A program made the translations under genes and the position numbers. Below the pieces are notes generated by a model. The model had not been told where the DNA came from. It saw nothing but the letters and a program-made list of their open reading frames with translations, and made no database searches. From a virus, in the IMG/VR virus record IMGVR_UViG_3300042898_006156, positions 1 to 64,000 of that record: a stretch of DNA of 64,000 bases; one strand, written 5' to 3'. This document shows, one piece after another, positions 37,684 through 46,052 of this stretch (its first letter is position 1; the number at the start of each line of letters is the position of its first letter).

Positions 37684-37961
37684 AATTATCTGAAGTATTA
37701 GATGCTTTAATGGAAGGCAAACCAATCACAAGAGCTGCCTGGGAACAAAAATATATGTATTACGACAAAGATGACAATTGTTTTGTGTATGTATATCGTG
37801 ACAATTATTTTGTGTCTGTATATAATCTAGATGAACCAGATGAAATTGGAAGTAAATATGAATTGGCATCAATGGGTCTTGATTTAGAACCTGGTGATGT
37901 TATTGCTGATGATTGGGACATTGATTATTGGGATACAGAAGATAGCAAGGAAGAAGTCTGA
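37680..37961 (+). CDS. DUF2829/Tad2-like protein
   Basis: EVLDALMEGKPITRAAW...DVIADDWDI. Confidence 0.72.
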   Translation: MKLSEVLDALMEGKPITRAAWEQKYMYYDKDDNCFVYVYRDNYFVSVYNLDEPDEIGSKYELASMGLDLEPGDVIADDWDIDYWDTEDSKEEV

Positions 37962-38173
37962 TGGCTAAATACAGATTGAATTTATCTTTTGATATTGATA
38001 TAACTGCTGATGAAGATTCAGAAGTGGCAGAAGAAGAAATGGTCAAGATGCTTCAAAAGCTTTATTACAATGACAGAAAAGAATTTTTGGATTCATTAAG
38101 ATATTGTTTTGAAGAAGAGAAAGTGGCTTATCATGTAACAATAGAGCCACAGAAAATATCTAGTGACGATTAA
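37961..38173 (+). CDS. hypothetical protein
   Basis: 70 aa, TGATG overlap. Confidence 0.65.
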   Translation: MAKYRLNLSFDIDITADEDSEVAEEEMVKMLQKLYYNDRKEFLDSLRYCFEEEKVAYHVTIEPQKISSDD

Positions 38174-38174
38174 T

Positions 38175-38327
38175 ATGGAAGATTTTCTTAACACAGCTGC
38201 TATGCTTTTGATTCCTTTCGGGCCTTTTATTTTAGTTATTTTAGTTGCAATACCCGGAGTAATTTTAGCCTTGCTAGTTAAGATTATAAGCAAGCTCATC
38301 AAAATGACCAAAAAGGAAAATAAATAA
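38175..38327 (+). CDS. small membrane protein (50 aa)
   Basis: Hand translation MEDFLNTAAMLLIPFGPFILVILVAIPGVILALLVKII...; fills the operon gap. Confidence 0.6.
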   Translation: MEDFLNTAAMLLIPFGPFILVILVAIPGVILALLVKIISKLIKMTKKENK

Positions 38328-38329
38328 TT

Positions 38330-38737
38330 ATGGAAAAAATTATAATTCAAACTATAGATTGTGGTAGACACGATTATTGGAAAGTTGATCTCGAACTTAT
38401 TAGTGATTTAAATATCATTGACATTATCAGTGATTGTTCTTATCTTGGCACCAGTAGAGATCCTTTAAATGAAGAAGGCTATGCTTATCTTGAAATTGAT
38501 AGTGATTGTCGATATTTTGATAAAGCAATGAAATTCTACAAGAAAGAATATCAATTGGACTTTGACACTCTTCAAGATGCTTACAACGAAAAATATGAAG
38601 ATTATCGAGAATGGCTTGAAGAATTGGAACCTTGGAACACAGATACTCTTGAAGATAAGGGTTTTATGTGGGATACTATTCCAGGAGATTTGGCTGTAGC
38701 GTTAGATGATTCTGATGACGAAGAAGATGAGGATTAG
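38330..38737 (+). CDS. acidic hypothetical protein
   Basis: D.G.H.W.V...I...IS..SY...AYLE.D.D pattern. Confidence 0.75.
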   Translation: MEKIIIQTIDCGRHDYWKVDLELISDLNIIDIISDCSYLGTSRDPLNEEGYAYLEIDSDCRYFDKAMKFYKKEYQLDFDTLQDAYNEKYEDYREWLEELEPWNTDTLEDKGFMWDTIPGDLAVALDDSDDEEDED

Positions 38738-38744
38738 GACGATT

Positions 38745-38975
38745 ATGTTAAATATTAATTTTGATTTATTTTATGAGTTGAAACAAGGTTCTGTAGTTTC
38801 AAATACAAACGAGAATGTTGTGAAATATTGGCGAGTTGTTAATGGAAATTTGGAAGTAAAAACAATTGTTGCTAATGAATTAGAAAATGATTGGCAAGTT
38901 TCTGATTTGCTTGTTTTACCTGTCGATGGAAAGTTTGATATTGAAAATCGGTTCAAAAGATTCAATAATGGATGA
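38745..38975 (+). CDS. hypothetical protein, paralogue of 37199-37417
   Basis: Start moved to 38745; YWR, DW and LVLP shared. Confidence 0.7.
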   Translation: MLNINFDLFYELKQGSVVSNTNENVVKYWRVVNGNLEVKTIVANELENDWQVSDLLVLPVDGKFDIENRFKRFNNG

Positions 38976-39207
38976 AGATAAGAAAAATCGATTAGAAAAT
39001 GCTGGATTCAAGGTCGGATCAATAGAAGAATTTCTTAATCTTACACTAGAAGAAAAAGCAAAAATCGATAATATTATCATAAGAAACGGTAAACCAATTG
39101 GAATTTGTGAATGCCTGGGAAAAGGCAAAAACAAATGTAAAGGTAACGGATGGGTCAGAGATGGATCTGGCTTTCAAAAATGCCCTTATTTCCAAGAATT
39201 CCACTAG
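38968..39207 (+). CDS. small protein: antitoxin-like N-terminus plus Cys4 Zn finger
   Basis: MDEDKKNRLENAGFKVGSIEEFLNLTLEE; CEC...CKGNGW...CP. Confidence 0.65.
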   Translation: MDEDKKNRLENAGFKVGSIEEFLNLTLEEKAKIDNIIIRNGKPIGICECLGKGKNKCKGNGWVRDGSGFQKCPYFQEFH

Positions 39208-39256
39208 ATAAAAAAGAAGGCCTTACAGCCTTCTTTTTTATGATATAATAACTATT

Positions 39257-39457
39257 ATGGAAGATAAAATTGACAACAATAAAGCTGCAGGTCTTGTTTG
39301 GTATGTTATTGGATTGATTGCTTTAACTCACGTTTGGCGAACTACTGGAACATTACCATCAGATTTTCTTTTAGGAGCTCTTTCTGTATGGTGCTTGCGA
39401 AATGGAATGGTCTATTATGATATAGTCAAAGAAGAAGAAAATGAGCGACGAAAATGA
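39257..39457 (+). CDS. small 2-TM membrane protein
   Basis: TGA-TATAAT-N7-ATG; hydrophobic. Confidence 0.7.
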   Translation: MEDKIDNNKAAGLVWYVIGLIALTHVWRTTGTLPSDFLLGALSVWCLRNGMVYYDIVKEEENERRK

Positions 39458-39900
39458 GCCAAAAAGAATCAAAATCGACCCAGAAGAAATCAAAAGACTA
39501 CTTGCAATTATCTATAAAGCCAGAGGGATTAAATAATATTTCCTTTAGTGTAGCTGATGAAATTTATGAAAAAGATCTAGTGAAAAAAGAGCAGTATCGT
39601 CAGCAAAGATTCGAAAGAGGATTTGATGATACTGAAACTTGGCATATGGATCGCACTATGGCATTATTTGTAATTCCTAGATTGAAAAGATTTATTGAAG
39701 TAAATAATGGTATTCCTAATGGTGAAACAATTGAATCTTATGATGAGAAAATAAGATTTATCATTAGTGCTTTTGAAAATTATTATGTTTCAGACCAATA
39801 TTATAATTCAGTAGATATTGAAGAAAGAAAAAAACTCACTGATGATGTTAGGAAAGCAGTGGAAAATCTTTCTAAACTTTGGTTTGAATTGTGGTGGTAG
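39454..39900 (+). CDS. conserved phage hypothetical protein
   Basis: RGFDD.ETW.MD.T.A...PRLK.F...LWW motif common in large phages. Confidence 0.75.
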   Translation: MSQKESKSTQKKSKDYLQLSIKPEGLNNISFSVADEIYEKDLVKKEQYRQQRFERGFDDTETWHMDRTMALFVIPRLKRFIEVNNGIPNGETIESYDEKIRFIISAFENYYVSDQYYNSVDIEERKKLTDDVRKAVENLSKLWFELWW

Positions 39901-39953
39901 GGCTTGTGTTTTGCTTATTATCGTGTTAGAATATTCGCAGGAGAAAGTTAGAT

Positions 39954-40286
39954 ATGAATCGTATTCGTCGTACTGAAACTCATAATGTTTTAGTCAAGAG
40001 AAAGTGGTTTGTCACCAAAAGTATGGCCTGTGCCTTTGTTCTTGAATTGGGATCAAACAAAATAATTAGAGTCAAATTTAATGACACCCATGATGCCGAA
40101 ACCTTAATGTATGACATACCATTGGATTCCAATGTTATTGTTCGTGGTTTTATGGGCGAATTTAATGGAGAGCCAGAATTTACAGTAAATTCTTATGAGA
40201 TTAGAAGCAAAGCTATGAAGACTTTTTATCCATCAGAAGATATTGAGTACGTAGTTGCAAAACCAAAGAAGAAGACATCCAACTAA
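39954..40286 (+). CDS. OB-fold-like protein
   Basis: VIVRGFMGEFNGEPEFTVNSYE beta pattern; AGGAG SD. Confidence 0.55.
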   Translation: MNRIRRTETHNVLVKRKWFVTKSMACAFVLELGSNKIIRVKFNDTHDAETLMYDIPLDSNVIVRGFMGEFNGEPEFTVNSYEIRSKAMKTFYPSEDIEYVVAKPKKKTSN

Positions 40287-40291
40287 ATTTT

Positions 40292-40552
40292 ATGAGCCTT
40301 CTTCGGAAGGCTCTTTTTCTAGGAAAGACTATGACCTTATTTGATGGTTCTGCTGGTGAAACTTATAGGATTGAATCAATTTGCGGAACTGTCAGAACAA
40401 GACTTTCTGAATTAGGTTTCAACCCTGGTTGTGAAATAAAAGTTCTCAACAAACAGCATATGGATATGATGGTTGTAAACTGCAGAGAAAGCCAGATTGC
40501 ATTAAGAAAAGAAGAAGCCCAGTGTATTCATATTACTCCTGTAAAAGAGTAA
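40292..40552 (+). CDS. feoA: FeoA-domain protein
   Basis: RLSELGFNPGCEIKV...IALRKEEA..I; start may be 40331 (MTLFD). Confidence 0.85.
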   Translation: MSLLRKALFLGKTMTLFDGSAGETYRIESICGTVRTRLSELGFNPGCEIKVLNKQHMDMMVVNCRESQIALRKEEAQCIHITPVKE

Positions 40553-40553
40553 T

Positions 40554-41123
40554 ATGACTTGGGAAGAAATTAGACAGCGTAAAGAAGATTCAATTCGAGA
40601 AAGCACAGGTAATCCTATGGTAAAAAAACCTAATCCATTTGTAATAAACGGTAAAACTTATAATTCATACACTGAATATTCAAATTCAGATGAACATAAA
40701 GAATTATTGAAAATTGAAGAAGAAGCTTTGGGGCAATATGAACAAAAGGCTAAAGAGTATTTTGATTCTTTGGAAACAGACGATCAATTATTGTTATTCT
40801 TTCATATTACTAACACAATTTTTAAAAACTATTTTAAAGATAATGGTTCTTATAGAGGCTTACTTTACGATAAATTTAAATTTGGGCCTGAAGCTTACAG
40901 TTTAGGAATGGATAGTGGAATGTTTACTCTTCACAATTCAATTTCTACACCTGATGAAAATGAAGAAAGATTTCAAAAGCTGATGAAGTTTTTAGATCTT
41001 GATTTGACAAAAGAGCAAATGATTTCAGCAAGGAATTATTTTAATCAAGGTTTTGACAATAGTGAACAAATAAATCACATATTTTCTAAACAGCAAGTTC
41101 TTAAATTCGAAGACCCTGAATAA
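40554..41123 (+). CDS. hypothetical protein
   Basis: GSYRGLLYDKFKFGPEAYSLGM motif; terminator follows. Confidence 0.75.
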   Translation: MTWEEIRQRKEDSIRESTGNPMVKKPNPFVINGKTYNSYTEYSNSDEHKELLKIEEEALGQYEQKAKEYFDSLETDDQLLLFFHITNTIFKNYFKDNGSYRGLLYDKFKFGPEAYSLGMDSGMFTLHNSISTPDENEERFQKLMKFLDLDLTKEQMISARNYFNQGFDNSEQINHIFSKQQVLKFEDPE

Positions 41124-41160
41124 TCAGGGTCTTTTTTCTTGCATCCAGTATATATTTACT

Positions 41161-41631
41161 ATGACACAAGAAGAAGCATATTCTTATTTCTTTCCTGAAA
41201 TAAGAGACAATGGACAAGAGTATTTTAAAACTTGTTTAATTTATGCTTATCCTGCCCACTTAAATGAATACATAGAGACTTGGACTGCAGATGGATTAGA
41301 AACTACAAATTACGCAAAAGAAGGCGATTTTATAGTTCAAAATCTGCAAACTGAATGTCAAGAACAATATATAGTTCCTTGTGATATGCTTTTTAGTAGA
41401 TATATATTTTTCTATTACTATGACAAAGGGGCAGTTTACATTCCAAGCGGTAAAATTATCGCTTGTAGATATTATGGGTCAGACTTGGAATTTGTTGCTA
41501 AATGGGGCAGATTGATGTCCTTGAAAACTGGAGATTATATTGTTTCTCCATCTCCTTATTACAGTGAAGTATATAGAATCGCTTCTCAAGAATTTTTTGA
41601 AACTTACCAAAAACTAATTGATCCAGAATAA
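41161..41631 (+). CDS. PGDYG-like internally duplicated protein
   Basis: KEGDFIV...QYIV...F..Y and KTGDYIV...YRI...F.ETY. Confidence 0.6.
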   Translation: MTQEEAYSYFFPEIRDNGQEYFKTCLIYAYPAHLNEYIETWTADGLETTNYAKEGDFIVQNLQTECQEQYIVPCDMLFSRYIFFYYYDKGAVYIPSGKIIACRYYGSDLEFVAKWGRLMSLKTGDYIVSPSPYYSEVYRIASQEFFETYQKLIDPE

Positions 41632-41651
41632 TCTTAATGTAAAATAAGATT

Positions 41652-42206
41652 ATGGGCTACACACTTCTAGTTTTTGAACCTGATATCAAACATCATCCTA
41701 GCACTGAAAATGTTTTGTGGAAAGGGCAAGTAATTCCACCATCAAACTACAGCTCAATTATGATCATTTTATTGCAAGATATTCTAGAATTGAATAACAG
41801 AAGAACAATGAGTGAATGGGAAAAAATTTTAATTAATAATAGTTTCAAATATGAGCTTAATTATGATCACGAATTTTGCCGTGAATATATCATTCAAGAT
41901 AAACCTCTTGTTGCTTATAATTTTCAATTATTTATGTGTGATCTCCAAGATGGCACTAATAGATTAGAAGTTGCTGATGAAAACATACTTCCAATTCTGT
42001 TTTCGTTAAATATTTCTAAAAATAAATCTTACAATCCAGTAGCTTTAAAGAAAAAAATAGAATCAGCTTTGGAATTAATATCAATTTCTGAACCTAAACC
42101 TCTAAATCTTATGATAAAAGGGCAGCTAAATTTATTAGATAAACTTGCAGATGTTTGCATAGATTATGAAGTTGATGTAAAATGTACAATTGAAGTAAGA
42201 GCGTAA
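41652..42206 (+). CDS. hypothetical protein
   Basis: 184 aa; TAAAAT-N6-ATG. Confidence 0.75.
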   Translation: MGYTLLVFEPDIKHHPSTENVLWKGQVIPPSNYSSIMIILLQDILELNNRRTMSEWEKILINNSFKYELNYDHEFCREYIIQDKPLVAYNFQLFMCDLQDGTNRLEVADENILPILFSLNISKNKSYNPVALKKKIESALELISISEPKPLNLMIKGQLNLLDKLADVCIDYEVDVKCTIEVRA

Positions 42207-42233
42207 TTTTGCTTCGGAGTGTACAATAGTTTT

Positions 42234-43151
42234 ATGAAAATTCTATATATTTCTGGAAACCAAAGATCAGAGCAATTTCCTTGGCTAACTGATTATCAAG
42301 ATGACTGTTTGCTTCTTGGACTTAAGGAGCTTTTTGGCAGTGATGTAGTTGATTGTAATAAGAGATTTCATCTTTATTCAGACTATTCTGATGAGCAATT
42401 AGCTACCGAATATGGACGTGGTTTTACTGTTTGTCGAAATATCACTTCTGATGATGCTGATCGTGAAGACATCACAAAGAAGATTCGAAATAAGTACTTT
42501 GATTATGTAATTTATGGAAGTATTTGGCGAAGTCAAGATCATCTTCAACTTGTTCTTGAAAATTATGACAAGAAGAAGATTGTATTTGTTGATGGCGAAG
42601 ATACCAATGCTTTTCATGAAGATCGTTTGAAGGATGGTGTAGTTTACTTTAAGCGTGAATTGTATCCTGATCAAAAGCAAGTTCATCTTCAAGAATACAT
42701 GCAACACGTACTTCCAATTAGCTTTGCTTTCCCAACAAATAAGGTAAATGCTGGTCAAAAGAAAGAGCGTCGTATTGCTCACAGTGATCCTCGTGATCGT
42801 AAGACTTATGTATTCAATACAGAAGCAGAATACTATCAGGATTATATGTTCTCAAAGTATGCTTTTACAATGCCAAAGGCTGGATGGGATTGTTTGAGAC
42901 ATTATGAAATCATGGGTAATGGTTGTATTCCTTTATTCCCTGATATTATGAATTGCCCTAGATATTCAATGATGCGTTTTCCGAAGGCATTGTTGACCAA
43001 GGTTGCATTCTTTGACAAGAATGATCCAAAGTGGCTTGATCAGAATTATGAATATTTCCAAGCTGAAGTGATGGATCATATGAAGAAATACAACACCACT
43101 AAAGCTCTTGCTGAACACGTAATGAAAGAATTATCATTACTCAATAAGTAA
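42234..43151 (+). CDS. putative glycosyltransferase (GT-B-like)
   Basis: FVDGED, YFKRE, GWDCLRHYEIMGNGCIPLF; leaderless start at 42234. Confidence 0.65.
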   Translation: MKILYISGNQRSEQFPWLTDYQDDCLLLGLKELFGSDVVDCNKRFHLYSDYSDEQLATEYGRGFTVCRNITSDDADREDITKKIRNKYFDYVIYGSIWRSQDHLQLVLENYDKKKIVFVDGEDTNAFHEDRLKDGVVYFKRELYPDQKQVHLQEYMQHVLPISFAFPTNKVNAGQKKERRIAHSDPRDRKTYVFNTEAEYYQDYMFSKYAFTMPKAGWDCLRHYEIMGNGCIPLFPDIMNCPRYSMMRFPKALLTKVAFFDKNDPKWLDQNYEYFQAEVMDHMKKYNTTKALAEHVMKELSLLNK

Positions 43152-43167
43152 AACTAAAATGGAGGCA

Positions 43168-43875
43168 TCACATTCGATGCCTCCATTTTTCTATAAAATT
43201 CTTCTCAAGAGCAAATGTATTCTTCATATATTCTTCTTGATTTTTAAACGTTCCATGAGATCTTTGTCCATAATGATCCACTTTAGAAGCTGCAACCATT
43301 CCATGTTTGCAGCCTTTTTCTTGTAATCTCATAATGATATCGTTATCTTGGAAAAAGAAAGCAAATTGTTCATCTAATGGAAAAAGCCAATCTTTGACTT
43401 CTTTCTTCATAATCCAACACCAACCACAGAAATTAATGATTAATTCAAAGCCAACTCTTACCATTGTTTCTGGTGTATATCTGTGCTTAATTTCAGCTCT
43501 TGGAACAATTCCTACTTGCTCTGTTGGCGATCTTGGAGAAGCTGTATCAAGTTCGTGATTGATCATAGCTGCTTCCATTTTAACCCACCAATCTTTATGG
43601 AAATTGACATCATTATTTACAATCGCAATATATTCAGAATCACAGTTTTCAATTGCGATATTTAAATAAGTGTTGTAATTAAAATCAATTGGTGGTTTAA
43701 GATAAAAGTTTACGTGTTGAAAATTCCATTCTCTATCTTTGTTTGATTCCACTAACACTACGTTAAAATTTTCAGATCCAATTGAATTATGAAGAGAATC
43801 TAATGCATTTTGTGTCATTTTGTAAATATCATTGTTTACAGTGTTAGTAAGCATAATAAGCGAAAGTTTTGTCAT
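43168..43875 (-). CDS. glycosyltransferase family 2
   Basis: VVLVES, FNYNTYLN, IVNNDV, LDEQF.FFFQDND, VDHYG. Confidence 0.85.
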   Translation of the reverse strand: MTKLSLIMLTNTVNNDIYKMTQNALDSLHNSIGSENFNVVLVESNKDREWNFQHVNFYLKPPIDFNYNTYLNIAIENCDSEYIAIVNNDVNFHKDWWVKMEAAMINHELDTASPRSPTEQVGIVPRAEIKHRYTPETMVRVGFELIINFCGWCWIMKKEVKDWLFPLDEQFAFFFQDNDIIMRLQEKGCKHGMVAASKVDHYGQRSHGTFKNQEEYMKNTFALEKNFIEKWRHRM

Positions 43876-43902
43876 AAAACTATTATAAATAAAAAACCAG
43901 AT

Positions 43903-44094
43903 CTATTGATCTGGTTTTTGTGCTGTACGATATTCTTTCATATTAAAAGATTTCTTTTTTCTTTTCTTATTTTTATTGTAATTTGAATAAGCTATTGCCC
44001 ATGCTGTAGATTCTCTATCATCCTTGGATTTTTCAGGATAAAAATCAGAATCATCTAATAAAGTATCTACTAAATCATCTACTGGCTTTGGCAT
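43903..44094 (-). CDS. ChaB-like small protein with basic tail
   Basis: MP...ESTAWAIAYS; KKRKKKSFNMKEYRTAQ. Confidence 0.55.
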   Translation of the reverse strand: MPKPVDDLVDTLLDDSDFYPEKSKDDRESTAWAIAYSNYNKNKKRKKKSFNMKEYRTAQKPDQ

Positions 44095-44095
44095 T

Positions 44096-44968
44096 TTAGG
44101 ATCGATTCGGGGCTTGTGTTGGTGGAGTAATTGGTGCTGCTGGTGCTGCTGGAGTTTTAGGTGTTCCAGTTATTGAGGTTAATGGCTTGGCTTCTACACC
44201 ATAAATTTGTGACGCTTGCTGCTTGCCTTCAGAATCTACATTTCCGAAATCACCAACTTGAAGACCTTTTTCTGTTTTTGTTTTACTCAATAACTCTTCT
44301 AGTTTTGTAGTATCTTGGTTGTATTTTTTCATTTCTTGAATTCTTGCTTCTAAACTATCTTTAAAACTATCAGTTTTCAAGTATGAGTTCCACTCTTTAA
44401 CTAAACCTGGTAAGTTTCTATCTTCTCTGTTTGGAAGAGCTTTTTCACCAGCAGCTGTCAAACCTTCAAGAGGAGAAGCTAATTCAATATTAACTCTATT
44501 GCCTTCACTCCCTACTCCAAGTCCCTGTATAGGTGTATCATTGACCATAGATGGGAAAGCTGTTGGATCATTTGGCTTAATTGGAATAGCATTTTGATTG
44601 AAATATGTGTTAAATTCTTTAATCAAGTCTGTGTAAGATTTGTAATCTATAAGATTATTTCTGTATTGTTTTTCAACTGCAGAAATCATATCTTCAAACT
44701 TCGGAGGGTTGGTTCTCTTCAATTGATCCTGAAAATATTTGATGATTGCATTTTGGCTGGTTGGCAGTACGTTGGTAACCGGAGCAGGGGTAGTAGAAGG
44801 TTTGACTGGTTGTTTAGTAGCAGGTTTGACTGGAGTTTTGACAGCTGGTTTGACTGGGGGTTTAGGAGCAGGTTTAGCTTGGGCAATTTTGAGCAAATCA
44901 TCAGCCTGTCTATGCATGCCATGTTGATCAAGTATTTGACTTATTTTAATAAATTCTTTTGTAAACAT
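44096..44968 (-). CDS. Pro/Lys-rich protein with N-terminal shared module
   Basis: FIKISQILDQHGMHRQADDLLKIAQ then PVKP repeats. Confidence 0.8.
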   Translation of the reverse strand: MFTKEFIKISQILDQHGMHRQADDLLKIAQAKPAPKPPVKPAVKTPVKPATKQPVKPSTTPAPVTNVLPTSQNAIIKYFQDQLKRTNPPKFEDMISAVEKQYRNNLIDYKSYTDLIKEFNTYFNQNAIPIKPNDPTAFPSMVNDTPIQGLGVGSEGNRVNIELASPLEGLTAAGEKALPNREDRNLPGLVKEWNSYLKTDSFKDSLEARIQEMKKYNQDTTKLEELLSKTKTEKGLQVGDFGNVDSEGKQQASQIYGVEAKPLTSITGTPKTPAAPAAPITPPTQAPNRS

Positions 44969-45002
44969 AATTTTTATTTTAACAACTTCTTAAAATTGCC
45001 CT

Positions 45003-46001
45003 TTATTTTAATCTTGTAAGCTTGTCACCAGTTGATTTTCCAATGTTAAATTGATCAATAACTTGATTGACTTTATTAGCAACTCCCGATATATCTGTAT
45101 TTTTAGGATTTTTATTTAGAAATTCAGTCTGAAATGTAGAAATTTTTGTTGGTGTGTTTTGTATTTTTAGCTTCTTTTCATCTTCTTTTAATTCTTTAAT
45201 CATTGAAGACTGGATTTCATTAATGATTTGGTCACCCAATGTATACCAATCAGTCACAAATACACTATTTCCAGCAGCAGTCCAGCCTGTTGGGTGCATA
45301 GCATTATTGTAAATAGGAGCTAATGTTTTGAATGTAGTATTGAATTTTTCTAATTTTTCGAAAAACTTTGAATCTGATTTCAATATATTCATAGCATATA
45401 TGACATCATTATATTCATTAGAATATCTTTGTGTGAAAGCTCCGGGTTTAGATTTATCTTCGGAAAGCGTTTTAAGCACAGGAATAATTTGTGTCAAGTA
45501 TGCATCAGCTTGTTCAGGGGTGACTTGTGCTTGTTGCGCCACTTGATTAGGGGATGAAACAGGTACTTGAGCAGAAGGAGTAACTGCAGTACCAGCACCA
45601 GGACTAGCCATAGGAGGTCCAGCTGGTTGTTGAGTACCACCTGCAGGAGCACTGGTTCCCTCATTTTGTTTTAATTTGTTCTTAATAAAGTCAACTGCTT
45701 TTGTGCTAACGTCTTTGTATTTATTTTTGACAGTTATTCTTGGATCTTTATCAATTGCATATATTTTATTTATCATACCCGCTGCTGAACGTGAATTGTA
45801 TACAGTTTTATCATAATTCATACCACTTTTTTTGATTGTTGCTAACTGATCATCGCCAAAATAAACTCTTACAATGTAGTAAACAAATTCTTGAGTTACG
45901 TCGCCAGGTTTTGCTAGCAATTTATTGATATAATCTGCATTAACATCATCTACCTTTTGCGCAAACTTTTTGTGGTTATAAATTGATATACTTTTTCTCA
46001 T
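45003..46001 (-). CDS. hypothetical protein with leader ending KKFAQ and P/A/Q linker
   Basis: MRKSISIYNHKKFAQ. Confidence 0.75.
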   Translation of the reverse strand: MRKSISIYNHKKFAQKVDDVNADYINKLLAKPGDVTQEFVYYIVRVYFGDDQLATIKKSGMNYDKTVYNSRSAAGMINKIYAIDKDPRITVKNKYKDVSTKAVDFIKNKLKQNEGTSAPAGGTQQPAGPPMASPGAGTAVTPSAQVPVSSPNQVAQQAQVTPEQADAYLTQIIPVLKTLSEDKSKPGAFTQRYSNEYNDVIYAMNILKSDSKFFEKLEKFNTTFKTLAPIYNNAMHPTGWTAAGNSVFVTDWYTLGDQIINEIQSSMIKELKEDEKKLKIQNTPTKISTFQTEFLNKNPKNTDISGVANKVNQVIDQFNIGKSTGDKLTRLK

Positions 46002-46052
46002 AGTTAAAAAATCAGAACACTAAATTTCTTATTTAGTATTCTGATACAGTTT

